Assembly: GCF_000143415.4 (NCBI RefSeq) | Contig: NW_003314278.1 | Location: forward strand, 1,262,673 to 1,326,672 | From: Selaginella moellendorffii | Taxonomy: Eukaryota; Plantae; Lycopodiophyta | DNA: 64,000 nucleotides | Direction: 5' to 3' | Shown: in pieces, positions 1 through 11,609 of the stretch | Layout of the letters: each line of letters starts with the position of its first letter | Position numbering within the stretch: position 1 is the stretch's first letter | The notes under the pieces: model-generated | Seen by the model: the letters and a program-made list of their open reading frames with translations, nothing else | Databases searched by the model: none | What the model was told of the DNA's origin: nothing | Translations under genes and position numbers: made by a program

Positions 1-2661
1 CGATCAGAATTGTGATTGAACTTTGTCAAGAAAAGAGGAACAACTAAAGCCCATCACCAACATTCTTTAACAAAGTATCACACTCACCCTTCTAGAACTT
101 TCATAGGTAGCTTCATACTTGAGAAATCAACTTCTCAAGATATGTTAAGTTTCTCCACCAAACAACTTCAGCTCAAATCAAGAAAAAAACCAATGACTCA
201 TCCCATAAGGCAAACATTCAACCTATCGACTATGATGAAGATGTACCATGCATCCCAATCACAATAGGAAAGAACAAAGTTATATAAGTAATCATCAACG
301 GCAAAGCAAATATCAACATTATCGAGTATTCAACTTGCAAAGCAATGGGACTTGGACCAATCCACTTTACACCCTTCAACATCAAGATGGCCGACAATCG
401 GAGTGTATAACCATCAGGAATCATGCACAACATTCCTATCAAGATTAAAGATCAAGAATTTAAGGTAATACTCAAGGAGGCGAAAGACCAACGCTGCTAC
501 AAAGTACTCCTCAAATGAGCTTGGCTCAAGAAAATATACATTATCACATATTTGAGGAATAATACCATCGCCCTTGGAGGACATAAAGATGCTCCACAAC
601 TATCTACCAGTATTGAAAAGAAGGTCGCAAAGAAATTCTAACTAACCACAATCAAACAATATGACTAGAATGAAGGACTCGACAGCTATGAAGAAGCTCA
701 AATCCCCAAATTAAAAACACTAATCTAAGTCGATCTCAACCAAATTATCCTGAAGAAAACAAGAAATCAAGATCCACAACTTCAAAATGAAGATTTCCAA
801 CACCAAGATTTGAAAGAAAAGACAACACCAGCACACATGAAAAAACAATGGAAACATTCAAGCATCAAACTTGAATAGTTTAAACTAATGCATCAACACA
901 TTCCACTCCAAGAACAACCAGGTCTACAACAAGAAGGATCACGACTTACACCAATACTCAACCTTGAAGAACCAGCTCAAGAAATTAACCTTGGAACACC
1001 TGAAGAACCAAAAGAACTTCATATTGCCCAAGAGCTTGATGAAGATTTTAAAACAAAAAAAACCTAACTACTTGACACTAATCAAAATATTTTCACCTGG
1101 TCCTAGACCGACTTATGAGGAATTCCACCTAAACTCTACACACATCGAATTAAACTTTTATCACAAGCGGTACCAGCAAAGCAATTAGCCTACCAAATGA
1201 ATCCCAACATACAAACCAAAGTCAAGGAAGAGCTTGACAAACTCGAAAATGTTGGATTCATCTTCACAATTCAAAATCCAAAATGGTTATCACCACTAAT
1301 CATTGTCCCCAAAAAGAACAAACTTAGGATTTGTGTCAACTATAAAAAGCTCAACGATACAACTCAAAAGGACACCTTTTCAATTCCATTCTTTGATAAA
1401 ATTCTTGATGCAGTTGCAGGATATGAAATGTACTCCTTTCTCAACGGCTTCAGGAGACACAATCAAGTATATATTGCGCTTGAAGATCAACACAAGACAG
1501 CTTTCATCAATCCATGGGGAGCATACACCTATCTTCTCATGCCTTATAGTCTCTCCAATGCACCATTCATGTTTCAATGGATCATCATTGACACTTTTCG
1601 AGAATATCTCACCAAATTTATGCAAGTATTTATGGATGACTTTAGTGTCTTCAACAACAAAGAAGATCATCTCCAATGCTTAGAGAAATGCTTCATCAAA
1701 TGCCATGAACACAATATCACATTGAACCCCAACAAGTGCATTTTCTTCATCAAATTAGGAATTCTACTTAGACATGTAGTTTCGAAAGAAGGAATCCTCA
1801 TCGACAAGGACAAGACCCTCATAATCACCAACATATAACATCCATTCAACATTTCAAGCCTTTGATTATTCCTCGGTAAGATGGGATACCATCAAAGATT
1901 CATCAAAGACTACGCCAAGATTGCAAAACCCATCATTGAACTCCTCAAGAAGAATCAAGCTTACAACTAGACTCAAGATTGTGAAAATGCCTTCATCAAC
2001 CTCAAGAATTCCCTCACCCAAGCTCCAATACTTGTTTAACCAAACTGGAACAAAGATTTCAACATCCAAGTCGACGCCTCCAACTACGCCCTCAGAGCGA
2101 TCCTTTTGCAACAACAAGAAGATCATAAAGACCAATCAATCTACTATGCAAGTCAAAGACTCAACTCAACCGAAATGAACTACACTACAACTGAAAAAGA
2201 AGCTCTAGCAATGATTTACGCACTCCAGAAGTTTCAACACTACCTACTCGGTGACTTCCTCCACCTTCTCAACAAAACGATCCTTACCGGCAGAACTGCA
2301 CAATGGTTTTTACTACTTCAAGAATACAACTTTGAGATCATCTACAAGCTTGGAAGAGAATATGAACAAGCCAACCATCTAAGCCGCATTACAACCGATG
2401 AACAACTGAAACACAACATGGAAGACTTTCCTAACTCTAATATCCTTTGAATTCACACATCAAAAACCTAGATGGACAACATCTATTACTACCTCACAAC
2501 AGTAACAATACCAAGTTTATATTCAACCTCTGACAAGCACAAGCAATTTGTCTTGAGGACAAGACTATATTCAGTCGTGCAAAGAAAACTAAAACAAGGG
2601 ACAACATTTTACGAAGATGTGCAAACCCAAAAGAAACACAAGATCTACTTGAAGAAGCCTA
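1..2661 (+). mobile_element. Decayed Ty3/gypsy (non-chromovirus) pol, 5' part: protease, RT, RNase H, start of integrase
   Basis: RT motifs in ORF 1197-1838 (LRICVNYKKLND, VFMDDF). RNase H motifs (VDAS, YASQRLN, YTTTEKEALAMIYAL) lie in frameshifted ORFs 1921-2450. It is interrupted at 2661 by an LTR insertion and continues in register at 16736 (EEAY|YGGGHFA). Confidence 0.9.
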
Positions 2662-3834
2662 TGTAAGCCACAAATTTTTCCTTTCCAATTTGCCTGCTTA
2701 CCTCGTCTATCCGACCAACACTGCCTTGGTTTGTGCTAAGTTCCCTCGCCAAGGTTCTCGCGTATAGTACCAGCTCCTACTTGGTCCTACTTGGTTTCAG
2801 CTATTCACTGCACGAGTGACGGAGTGTTACCCATCCATCCACGGATTCCCAAATCACTCCCAATCCCACTCCCTGGGTTAGACTGGACTTAAGGTTCGGC
2901 TACACTCCCCACAGGCACAAGCAGCCAAGCACACCAAGCCTCTAGATTCCTAACACCCCTTGGTACCACAAGATTTGATCATGGGACCCTCTAAATCCTA
3001 AGCCTTGGGCTGCAACACTTGCTTCGGGACGTCGGGGCGGAACACCGTGGCCTAATGGCCCGGTATGGGTACCTCTACCCCCCCACTTCCATCCCGAAGG
3101 AAGGCCCAAGCCCCAAGGAAGGGCGAGGACCAATGAGCCACAAGGTACTCAAGTGGGGCACCACTCCACATGAGCCAAGAGCACCGCAGTCGGTTTCCCT
3201 TTCGGGAGTGGGAGCTGCTCTTGAGCACTTCCCTGGGTGGCCCCTCCGGCACCACTCAAGCCCATGCTCACTCCCACCCAAGGCCCCTAGGCCCCAGTCT
3301 CAACCTCAAGTCGGTTTGGAAGCCCCACTGAAGAGTTCCTTCAAGACTGGTTTCTGGACCTCACTATCCCTACTATACTTTTGGAACCCCCTGCAGCCCC
3401 CTCCCCCTGGGAGACGCACACTTTGGGCTTTCACCCCTTGACCCGTATTAGTACTCGGACTTAGTCTCTGGCTCGATCTTAGACTCGATCTCGGATCCGA
3501 CTTCGGATTCGGTCACGGAATCGATCTCGGACTCGATCTCGGACCCGATCTCGGACCTAACCTCGGACTCGACCTCAGACTTGGTCTCGGACCCGATTTC
3601 GGATCTCGGACTCCGTCTCGAGCTTGGTCTCGAACTCGGACTCGAACTCGGTCTCCGAGTCGGTCTCGGACTCGATTCCGGACTCTATCTCGAACCCGGT
3701 CTTAGAGTCGGTCTTGGACTCGAGCTTAGACTTGGTCTCATCCGATGAATTCTTTATCATTTTGGTCAACTTTCGGGGCTTCTTTAGCCTACGACACTTT
3801 GGCAAGTTGGTTCCTTACTCTTTGGTTCCTTACA
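2662..3834 (-). repeat. 3' LTR of minus-strand chromovirus (~1.17 kb), with internal CTCGGA-type hexamer repeats (~3465-3740)
   Basis: TGTAAG...CTTACA termini. Homologous to 9375-10471 (inverted) and 16063-16730 (direct). Confidence 0.9.
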
Positions 3835-3850
3835 ACTCCACCACCCATAG
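3835..3850 (-). promoter_or_regulatory. Polypurine tract-like element of the chromovirus
   Basis: Minus strand ...ATGGGTGGTGGAGT immediately precedes the TGTAAG LTR start. Confidence 0.65.
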
Positions 3851-4240
3851 AAGAAGTTTGATGCCCACATCGAACGTCTCTTTTTTTTTATCCTACGACT
3901 TGTTGACCATGTCTCTGGGGGCATCCCCCCACTTAGCGGTGTGCCTAAGTTAGCCTCCCCGGCCAAGAGCCCATGACAACGGAATATAGGTGTCCCTATA
4001 CTCCTCACCTCACCACGCCCTAGTATGGGGTCGGGACTTGAACCCAGCTTTGCTTTACTAGGGGGTTGGGATTCAAACCCAACCTCCGTAGAATACGTCT
4101 ACGGATTCGACATCCCCGCAGGGAGTCGGGCGTAGCTCCCTACGCTTGGTCGACCTAGCTAACCCATGCTAATTAGCTTACCTTCGGCGCGCCTTCGGGT
4201 CCCAACATATGCCACTTGCTCAACTTCACAAATTGATACT

Positions 4241-5440
4241 TTAATTGAACTTTGCATAAGTACATAGAGTTCTGCCTTGCAGAAATTCCTCCACTAAATC
4301 TCGCGCGTTCGCTAGGTTCTCCTCCGGTTCCCATGTTGCTTCGCAGTGTGGAAATCCTTTCCACTTCACATGGAACTCTCTCACCTCGCGTCCTTGTCAC
4401 TTGCTCTTGCGCGCATTGAGGATGGCCTCGACTTCGTATTCCTCTTCCCCTTGGATAACCTCAGGTAAAGGTCTTACTTGGTCCTTGCGAAGCGGATTCT
4501 GAAAATACAGCTTGAGTAAGTTCATGTGGAATATGGGATGCATCTTCCCCATCTCTCGAGGAAGTCGGAGACGGTAAGCCACTTTACCGATTCGAGCCTC
4601 AATCTCGTAAAGCCCCGCGAACCTGCTTAAGGAACTCAAGATCAATTCATTTACAGGAATACATGCATTTTTACCTTTGGGTCAACTTCCGGCTGATCCC
4701 ACTCGGTAGCCTGAGGTTCTTGGTGTTCAGCCACACCTTCTCCCCAGCTTGGAACTCTACATCCCAGTGCTTCTGGTTCACGTACTTAGTTTGCCTTTGT
4801 TGAGTTCGTTCCAAGGAATCCCTCACTAGATTCCAAATGTTGAGTCTTTCTGCCGTGAATGCCTCCACTGCGGGTAACTCTCCATGATACTCGGCCACGC
4901 CGAGTTCCACAGGACCTTCAATAGCTCGCCCATTGATGACTTCCCATGGACTCACCCCGATACTCGAATGTGGTGAGTTGTTATAACACATTTCCGCAAG
5001 TCCCAAATGACTTACCCAATCAGTCTGGTTTCCCGAGATATAGCATCGCAAATAATCCTCCAGCTGCCTATTCACCCTTTCCGTTTGTCCATCTGTCAAG
5101 AAGTGTTAGTGCCACCAAACTTGACTTAATACCCCATACCTGTCTGTGGGTGATAGGCTGTACTGAATTTCAACTTGGTGCGATACTATTCCAGGAGAGT
5201 CCTCCAGAACCTACTAGTGAAAATCTTATCTCGATCTGAGATGATCTCCTCCGGCCTTCCCCGTACTCAAACCACTTGTTCGAAGAACAGCTTCGCCACA
5301 CCTTCCGCATCCACTTCCATTGTGGTGGGTATGAAATGTGCCATTTTCAAAAATCGGTCCACCACCACGAATATCACATCAAACCCCTCGCTTGGGGGAA
5401 GTCCCATGATGAAGTCCATCGTAAGACATTTCCACGGACG
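4241..5440 (-). pseudogene. Chromovirus integrase core + GPY/F motif + chromodomain, split by two introns (5093-5139, 4623-4674)
   Basis: MDFIMGLP...[18 protein letters not shown]^DGQTERVNRQLEDYLR, KLTQR^FAGLYEI. Chromodomain YEVEAILNARK..FHVKWKGFPHCEATWEPEENL. One in-frame TGA. Confidence 0.9.
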
Positions 5441-6845
5441 AAGTCCGAAGCATCCGTTTCTACCTCAAAGTCCTTACCAAAGTGTGGTAATGCCAACACA
5501 AGAGCCTTCCTCAACTTCCCTTTGAGGTGGACGAATGCCGCCTGGCATTCCGCTATCCATACCATCTTCCCTTTTCCTGTTTGGTCTGTTAAGGGTAGGG
5601 CTACTCTCGAATAGTGTCTGATAAACTTTCGGTAGTAGTTGCATAGCCCCAAGAACGCCCTCAACTCATGTACATTCGATGGTCGCTCGCATTCCTGGAT
5701 CGCTTGGACCTTCTCCGGGTCCACCTTGAGCCCGTCCTGGCCCACCACATGCCCGAGAAACTTTACCTCTTGTTGAGCAAAGTCACATTTGCTCTCTTTA
5801 GCATACAGTTTGTGTTCCTTTAGTTTCTCAAACACCTTCGCCAAGTGTTTGGCATGTTCCTCTAGCGTCTCGCTATAGATCAGGATGTCGTCGATATAAA
5901 CGACCACGAAGTGAGCCAGATAGGGTACAAAGATGTGGTTCATCAATGCTGAAAACGTTGCCGGTGCATTGCACAGCCCAAAGGGCATCACCAGAAACTC
6001 AAAGCTCCTATACCTCGTTCGACAGGTTGTCTTCTCGATATCTTCCTCAGCTACCCTGATCTGGTAGTATCCTGACTTTAGGTCAATCCTCGAGAAGTAT
6101 TTTGCCTTTGCCAACCTATCGAACAGGTCCTCAATCCTTGGTAAAGGGTACTTGTTCTTCTTTGTATACTTGTTGAGCAACCGGTAATCTATGCACATGC
6201 GCATAGATCCATCTTTCTTTTTCACAAATAACACCGGCGCCCCATACGGCGACTTGCTCAACCTAACATACCCTTTGTCCACCAACTCCTTTAGTTGGCA
6301 CTTGAGCTCCTTGAGTTCTTTTTCGTTCAAACAATAGGGGGGACGAACCACCGCCTCAGCACCCTTGACCAGCTCAATCTTATGTTCTATCGGTCGTACG
6401 GGGGGCAACCCCGCCGGTAACTCATCCGGCATGGTATCCTGGAATTGGTCCAACATCCGTTGGATCACTAAAGGTACTTCTTTCGTTCCTGTCTTTTTGT
6501 CACTCTTCACCGAGAGTAAGCACAAAAATGCTGCCTTAGTTCCTTTAGTGAGTTGTCCTCTCGTGGACACCAGGTTTAAACAGGATTCTTTGGCCTTGCT
6601 TTGCCCTACCTTTAGATCCTGGGCCTCCACCCTAGATCTTCTTCTCGCCAGTACCACAAGGTTCCTACCTTGTCCATCCAGGGCTACCACGAACCGATTG
6701 AATCAATCCATTCCGAAGATCATGTCAAATCCCGCCATGTCTAACACGGTGAAATCCATATCCACTTTCCATGTCCCTACATTGACTCTCGTTTGTCGAA
6801 GTACCTCATCGGTGCTTTGGCTACCTTGAACAAACTCTATAGTCC
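5441..6845 (-). pseudogene. Chromovirus protease-RT-partial RNase H
   Basis: ORF 5374-6690: [66 protein letters not shown]. An internal deletion fuses RNase H directly to the integrase at ~5440. Confidence 0.92.
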
Positions 6846-9800
6846 TTGGTTCACCTAGCCATTGCACCATTAGTCCGGATTGCCAAAAGGAAGATGGTAT
6901 GGACAGCAGAATGCGAGGTGACATTTGTCCACCTCAAAGGGAAGTTGAGAAAGGCTCTCGTGTTGGCATTACCAGACTTTGGTAAGGACTTTGAGGTAGA
7001 AACGGATGCTTCAGACTTCGCGTTGGGCGCAGTTTTGAAGCAAGACAATCACTCAGTAGTGTTCTTCTTGAAGAAGTTGGACAAGGCTTAACGGAAGTGG
7101 CCTGCCCATGAGAAAGAATTATTTGCTGTGGTTAAGGCGCTCAAGGAGTGGCGACACTACCTTGGGAGACACTTCAAAGTTTACATGGACAATGTGGCAA
7201 CAAATCACTTTTTGTCACAGCCTGACCTGAGGGGGAAACAAGGTCAGTGGGCCAATGTTTTGGTTGAGTTTGATTGCGAGATTTTGTACAAGCATGGGAA
7301 GAGCAACATCGTGGCAGATGCGCTAAGTTGAAAAGTGAGCTTGAAGTTGGCGATATCCAACATAACAACAACCTTTTAGGATGATGTGCGGATAGCATAT
7401 GAAAACGATGGTCTAGCACAAGAGGTGTTGCTGCGGAATCTGGAAGCACGGGAAGCTCACCAGAAAGGTGAGCTGCCAACGGAAGAGAAAACGGGCTATG
7501 CGGAATGCAATGGACTCATCTATTACAAGCAAACAAGGGTGTATGTTCTAGAAGGGGAACTAAGGAAGGTAGCCTTAGAGGAGTGTCATAACAGACCTTT
7601 TGCGGGACACCACGGAGTGCCCAAGATGATAGGCTTACTCAAGAGGAAGTATCGCTGGCCAGATATGGCTAAAGACGTCTCAAGACTATGTAAAGACATG
7701 TCCAACATGTTAGCAGGTCAAAGCCGTGACTAAGGCTAGTGGGGGCTTGTTGCAAAGCATTCTAATCCCAGATCGTCCGTGGAAATGTCTTACGATGGAC
7801 TTCATCACGGGACTCCCCCCAAGCGGGGGGTTCGATGCGATATTCGTGGTGGTGGACTAATTTTCGAAGATGGCACATTTCATACCCACCACAACGGAAG
7901 TGGATGCGGAAGGTGTGGCGAAGCTATTCTTAGAACAAGTGGTTTGAGTGCGGGGAAGGCTAGAAGAGATAATCTCAGATCGAGATAAGATTTTCACTAG
8001 TAGGTTCTGGAGAACTCTCTTAAAACAATATCACACTAAGTTGAAATTCAGCACAACCTATCACCCACAGACAGGTATGGGGTATTAAGTCAAGTTTGAT
8101 AGCACTAACACTTCTTGACAGATGAACAGACGGAAAGGGTGAATAGGCAGCTGGAGGATTATTTGCGATGCCATATCTCAGGAGACCAAACCAATTGGGT
8201 AAGTCATTTGGGACTTGCGGAAATGTGTTATAACAACTCACCATATTCGAGTATTGGGGTGAGTCCATGGGAAGTCATCAATGGGCGAGCTATTGAAGGT
8301 CCTGTGGAACTCGGTGTGGCTGAGTATCATAGAGAGTTACCCGTGGTGGAGGCATTCACGGCGGAAAGACTCAACATTTTGGAATCTAGTGAGGGATTCC
8401 TTGGAACGAGCTTAACAAAGGCAAACTAAATACACGAACCAGAAGCGTTGGGATGTAGAGTTTCAATCTAGGGAGAAGGTGTGGCTAAACACCAAGAACC
8501 TCAGGCTACCAAATGGGATCAGCCGGAAGTTGACCCAAAGGTAAAAATGCATGTATTCCATAAATGAATTGATCTTGAGTTCCTTAAGCAGGTTCGCAGG
8601 GCCTTATGAGATTGAGGCATGAATCGGTAAAGTGGCTTACTGTCTCCAACTTTCTCGAGAGATGGGGAAGATGCACCCAGTGTTCCACGTGAACTTACTC
8701 AAGCCATACTTTGAGGATCTGCTTCGCAAGGACCAAGTAAGGCCTTTACCTGAGGTTATCCAAAGGGAAGAGGAATACAAAGTCGAGGACATCCTCAATG
8801 CGCGCAAGAGCAAGTGACAAGGACATGAGATGAGAGAGTTCCATGTGAAGTGGAAAGGAGTTTCACATTACGAAACAACATGGGAACTGAAGGAGAACCT
8901 AGCAAACGCACAAGATCTAGTGAAGGAATTTCTGCAAGGCAGAACTTTATGTACTTATGCAAAGTTCAATTAAAGTATCAATTTGTGAAGTTGAGCAATA
9001 GCATATGTTGGGACGTTAAGGCGCGCCGAAAGTAAGCTAATTAGCATGGGTTAGATAAGTCGACAAGGCGTAGAGAACTATGCCCCACTCCCCACGGGGA
9101 TGTTGAATCCATAGACGTATTCTACGGAGGTTGGGTTCGAGTCCTAACCCCCTAGTAAAGCAAGATTGGGTTCAAGTCCCAACCCCATACTAGGGCGTGG
9201 TGGGGTAAGGAATATAAGGACACCTGTATTCCGTTGTCATGGGCTTTTGGCCAGGGAGACTAACTTAGGCACACTGCTAAGTGGGGGGATGCCCTTGGAG
9301 ACATGGTCAACAAGTCGTAGGATAAAAAGAGACGTTCAATGTGGGCATCGAACTTCTTCTATGGGTTGTAAAGTTGTAAGGAACCAACTCCCTGAGGTGT
9401 TGTAGGCTAAAGGATCCCCGAAAGCATGACCAAAATGACAAAGAGTTCATCGGATAGGACTGAGTTTGAGATCGAGTCCAAGACCAACTCTGAGACCGAG
9501 TTCGAGATAAAGACCGGAATTGAGTTCGAGGCCGACTTGGAGACCGAGTTCAAGACCGAGTTCGAGACGAAGTCTGAAATCCGAGAATCGGGTCCAAGAC
9601 CGAGTCCAAAGTCAAGTCCGAAGTTGAGTCTGAGATCGGGTCCGAGACTGAATCCGAAGTCGGGTCCGAGATCGAGTCCGAGATTGAGCCCGAGACCAAG
9701 TCTGAGTACTAATATGGGTCAAGGGGTGAAAGCCCAAAGCATGCGTCTCCCAGGGGGGGCGGGCTGCAGGGGGTTCCAAAAGTATAGTAGGGATAGTGAC

Positions 9801-10471
9801 GTCCAGGAACCAATCTTGAAGGAACTCTCCAGTGGTGCTTCCAAACTGACTTGAGGTTGAGACTAGGGCCAAGGGGCCTTGGGTGGGAGTGAGCATGGAC
9901 TCAGGTGGTGCCGGAGGGGCCACCCAAGAAAGTGCTCAAGAGCAACTCCCACTCCCGAAAGGGAAACCGATTGCGGTGCTTCCGGCTCATGTGGAGTGGT
10001 GAGTACCTTGTGGCTCATTGGTTCTCGCCCTTCCCTTCGGGATGGAAGTGGGGGGGTAGAGGTACCCATACCGGGGCGTTATGCCATGGTGTTTCGCCCC
10101 GGTGTCCCGAAGCAAATGTTGCACCCAAGAGTTGGGATTTAGAGGGTCCTATGATCAAGTCTTGTGGTACCGAAGGATGTTAGGAACCTAGAGGCTTGGT
10201 GTGCTTGGCTGTTTGTGCCTGCGGGGAGTGTAGCTGAACCTTAAATCTAGTCTAACCCGGGGAGGGGGATTAGGAGAGATTTGGGGATCCGTGGATGGAT
10301 GGCTAACACTCCGTTGCTCGTGTAGTGAGTAGCTAAAACTAAGTTGGACCAAGTAGGAGCTGGTACCATAAGCGGGAACCTTGGCGAGGGAACTTAGCAA
10401 AAGCCAAGGTAGTGTTAGACGGGTAGACGAGGTAAGCTGGCAAATTAGAAAGGAAAAATTTGTGGCTTACA
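6846..10471 (+). mobile_element. Second, inverted 3'-half copy of the same chromovirus (RNase H, integrase with introns 8075-8121 and 8541-8591, chromodomain, LTR)
   Basis: [57 protein letters not shown]. 7770-10471 is the reverse complement of 2662-5440. Confidence 0.9.
9375..10471 (+). repeat. LTR of the inverted chromovirus copy
   Basis: TGTAAGGAACC...TGTGGCTTACA; reverse complement of 2662-3834 with small indels. Confidence 0.88.
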
Positions 10472-10490
10472 CCCATCTCATTCACCACAC

Positions 10491-11609
10491 TGTGGCCTAC
10501 GCAAGCCTCATGGGTACTCTCCCCGCCTTCCACCTTTGGGTGCTCTAGCCATGGGCTTAGAGCGAGGTTCCGTTGAGCCACACCAGATGTCCAAATAGGT
10601 AGTGCCACCCACACTTGGACTGGGAGCATCGACCATTCGATCTCCCGGGGGAACTAGAGCTGGCTCTTGAACACTTCACCAAGCTACTCCACTTGTTGGT
10701 CCGTATTCACTCTAGTCTTGGACTTCCCAGTGGTCAGCTCATCACCCAACACTTGGTATGGCCTTCCTAGGCCAAACTAGCCTTTCCTGGCTAAACTGGC
10801 TCCACTAGGCTCCAACCCCCACACTCTCCCTACTATACTTTTGGAACCCCCTGTAGCCCCCCCCCCCCCGGAGGACGATCACTTTGGGCTTTCACCCAAC
10901 TGCCTGTATTAATATTTGGACTCGGACTTGGATTCAAACTCAGCCTCGGTCTTGGTCTCAGACTTAGACTCGGTCTCGGTCTCAGTCTCGGTCCCGGTTC
11001 CATCTCAGACTTCATCTCGGGTCCATCTCAGACTCCATCTCAGGTCCATCTCAGACTCCATCTCGGGTCCATCTTGGACTCTATTTCGGGTCCATCTTGG
11101 GTCCATCTCGGACTCCATCTTGGACTCCATCTCGGGTCCATCTGGGGTCCATCTCAGACTCCATCTCGGGTCCATCTCGGGTCCATCTCGGACTCCATCT
11201 CGGGTCCATCTGGGGTCCATCTCGGACTCCATCTCGGGTCCATCTGGGGTCCATCTCGGACTCCATCTTGGGTCCATCTGGGGTCCATCTCGGACTCCAT
11301 CTCGGGTCCATCTCAGACTCCATCTCGGGTCCATCTCGGACTCCATCTCGGACTCCATCTCGGGTCCATCTCAGACATTTCCATATGTCATGTTTTGGTC
11401 CTCTTGTGTCCCTTTTCTAGAGACTTACTCATTGCTCACTTCATGCTTGTTCCTTGAGCCCTTTATTGGGAGTTCCACTCCCACTCTCGACCTTTCAAGT
11501 CGGAGCTTTTGGTTCAAACGTGTTACGCTTGTTTGGCTTTTGCTTCGGCCACTACCACGTGGCACCCTTCTAGCTCCCCTTTTGGGGCCTAGGGATTTTG
11601 TGTCTCAGA
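10491..11609 (-). repeat. LTR-like unit of a related family
   Basis: Shares the blocks CCCTACTATACTTTTGGAACCCCC and TTTGGGCTTTCACCC with LTR 2662-3834. Followed by a similar PPT block (ACTCCACCACC...AAGTTTGATG). Ends approximate. Confidence 0.5.
10995..11375. repeat. Tandem minisatellite of interspersed 11-nt CTCGGGTCCAT and 12-nt CTCGGACTCCAT units
   Basis: Directly visible; explains the low-complexity ORFs in all frames at 10916-11635. Confidence 0.95.

Noticed and set aside
2942-3953. ORFs such as 3019-3441 and 3624-3953 (and equivalents at 9426-10183, 16132-16664)
   Set aside because: They lie inside LTRs and hexamer repeats, have no domain motifs and are not frame-conserved between copies.
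9129-9185. tRNA gene or SINE
   Set aside because: B-box-like cores only; no A-box or cloverleaf is evident.
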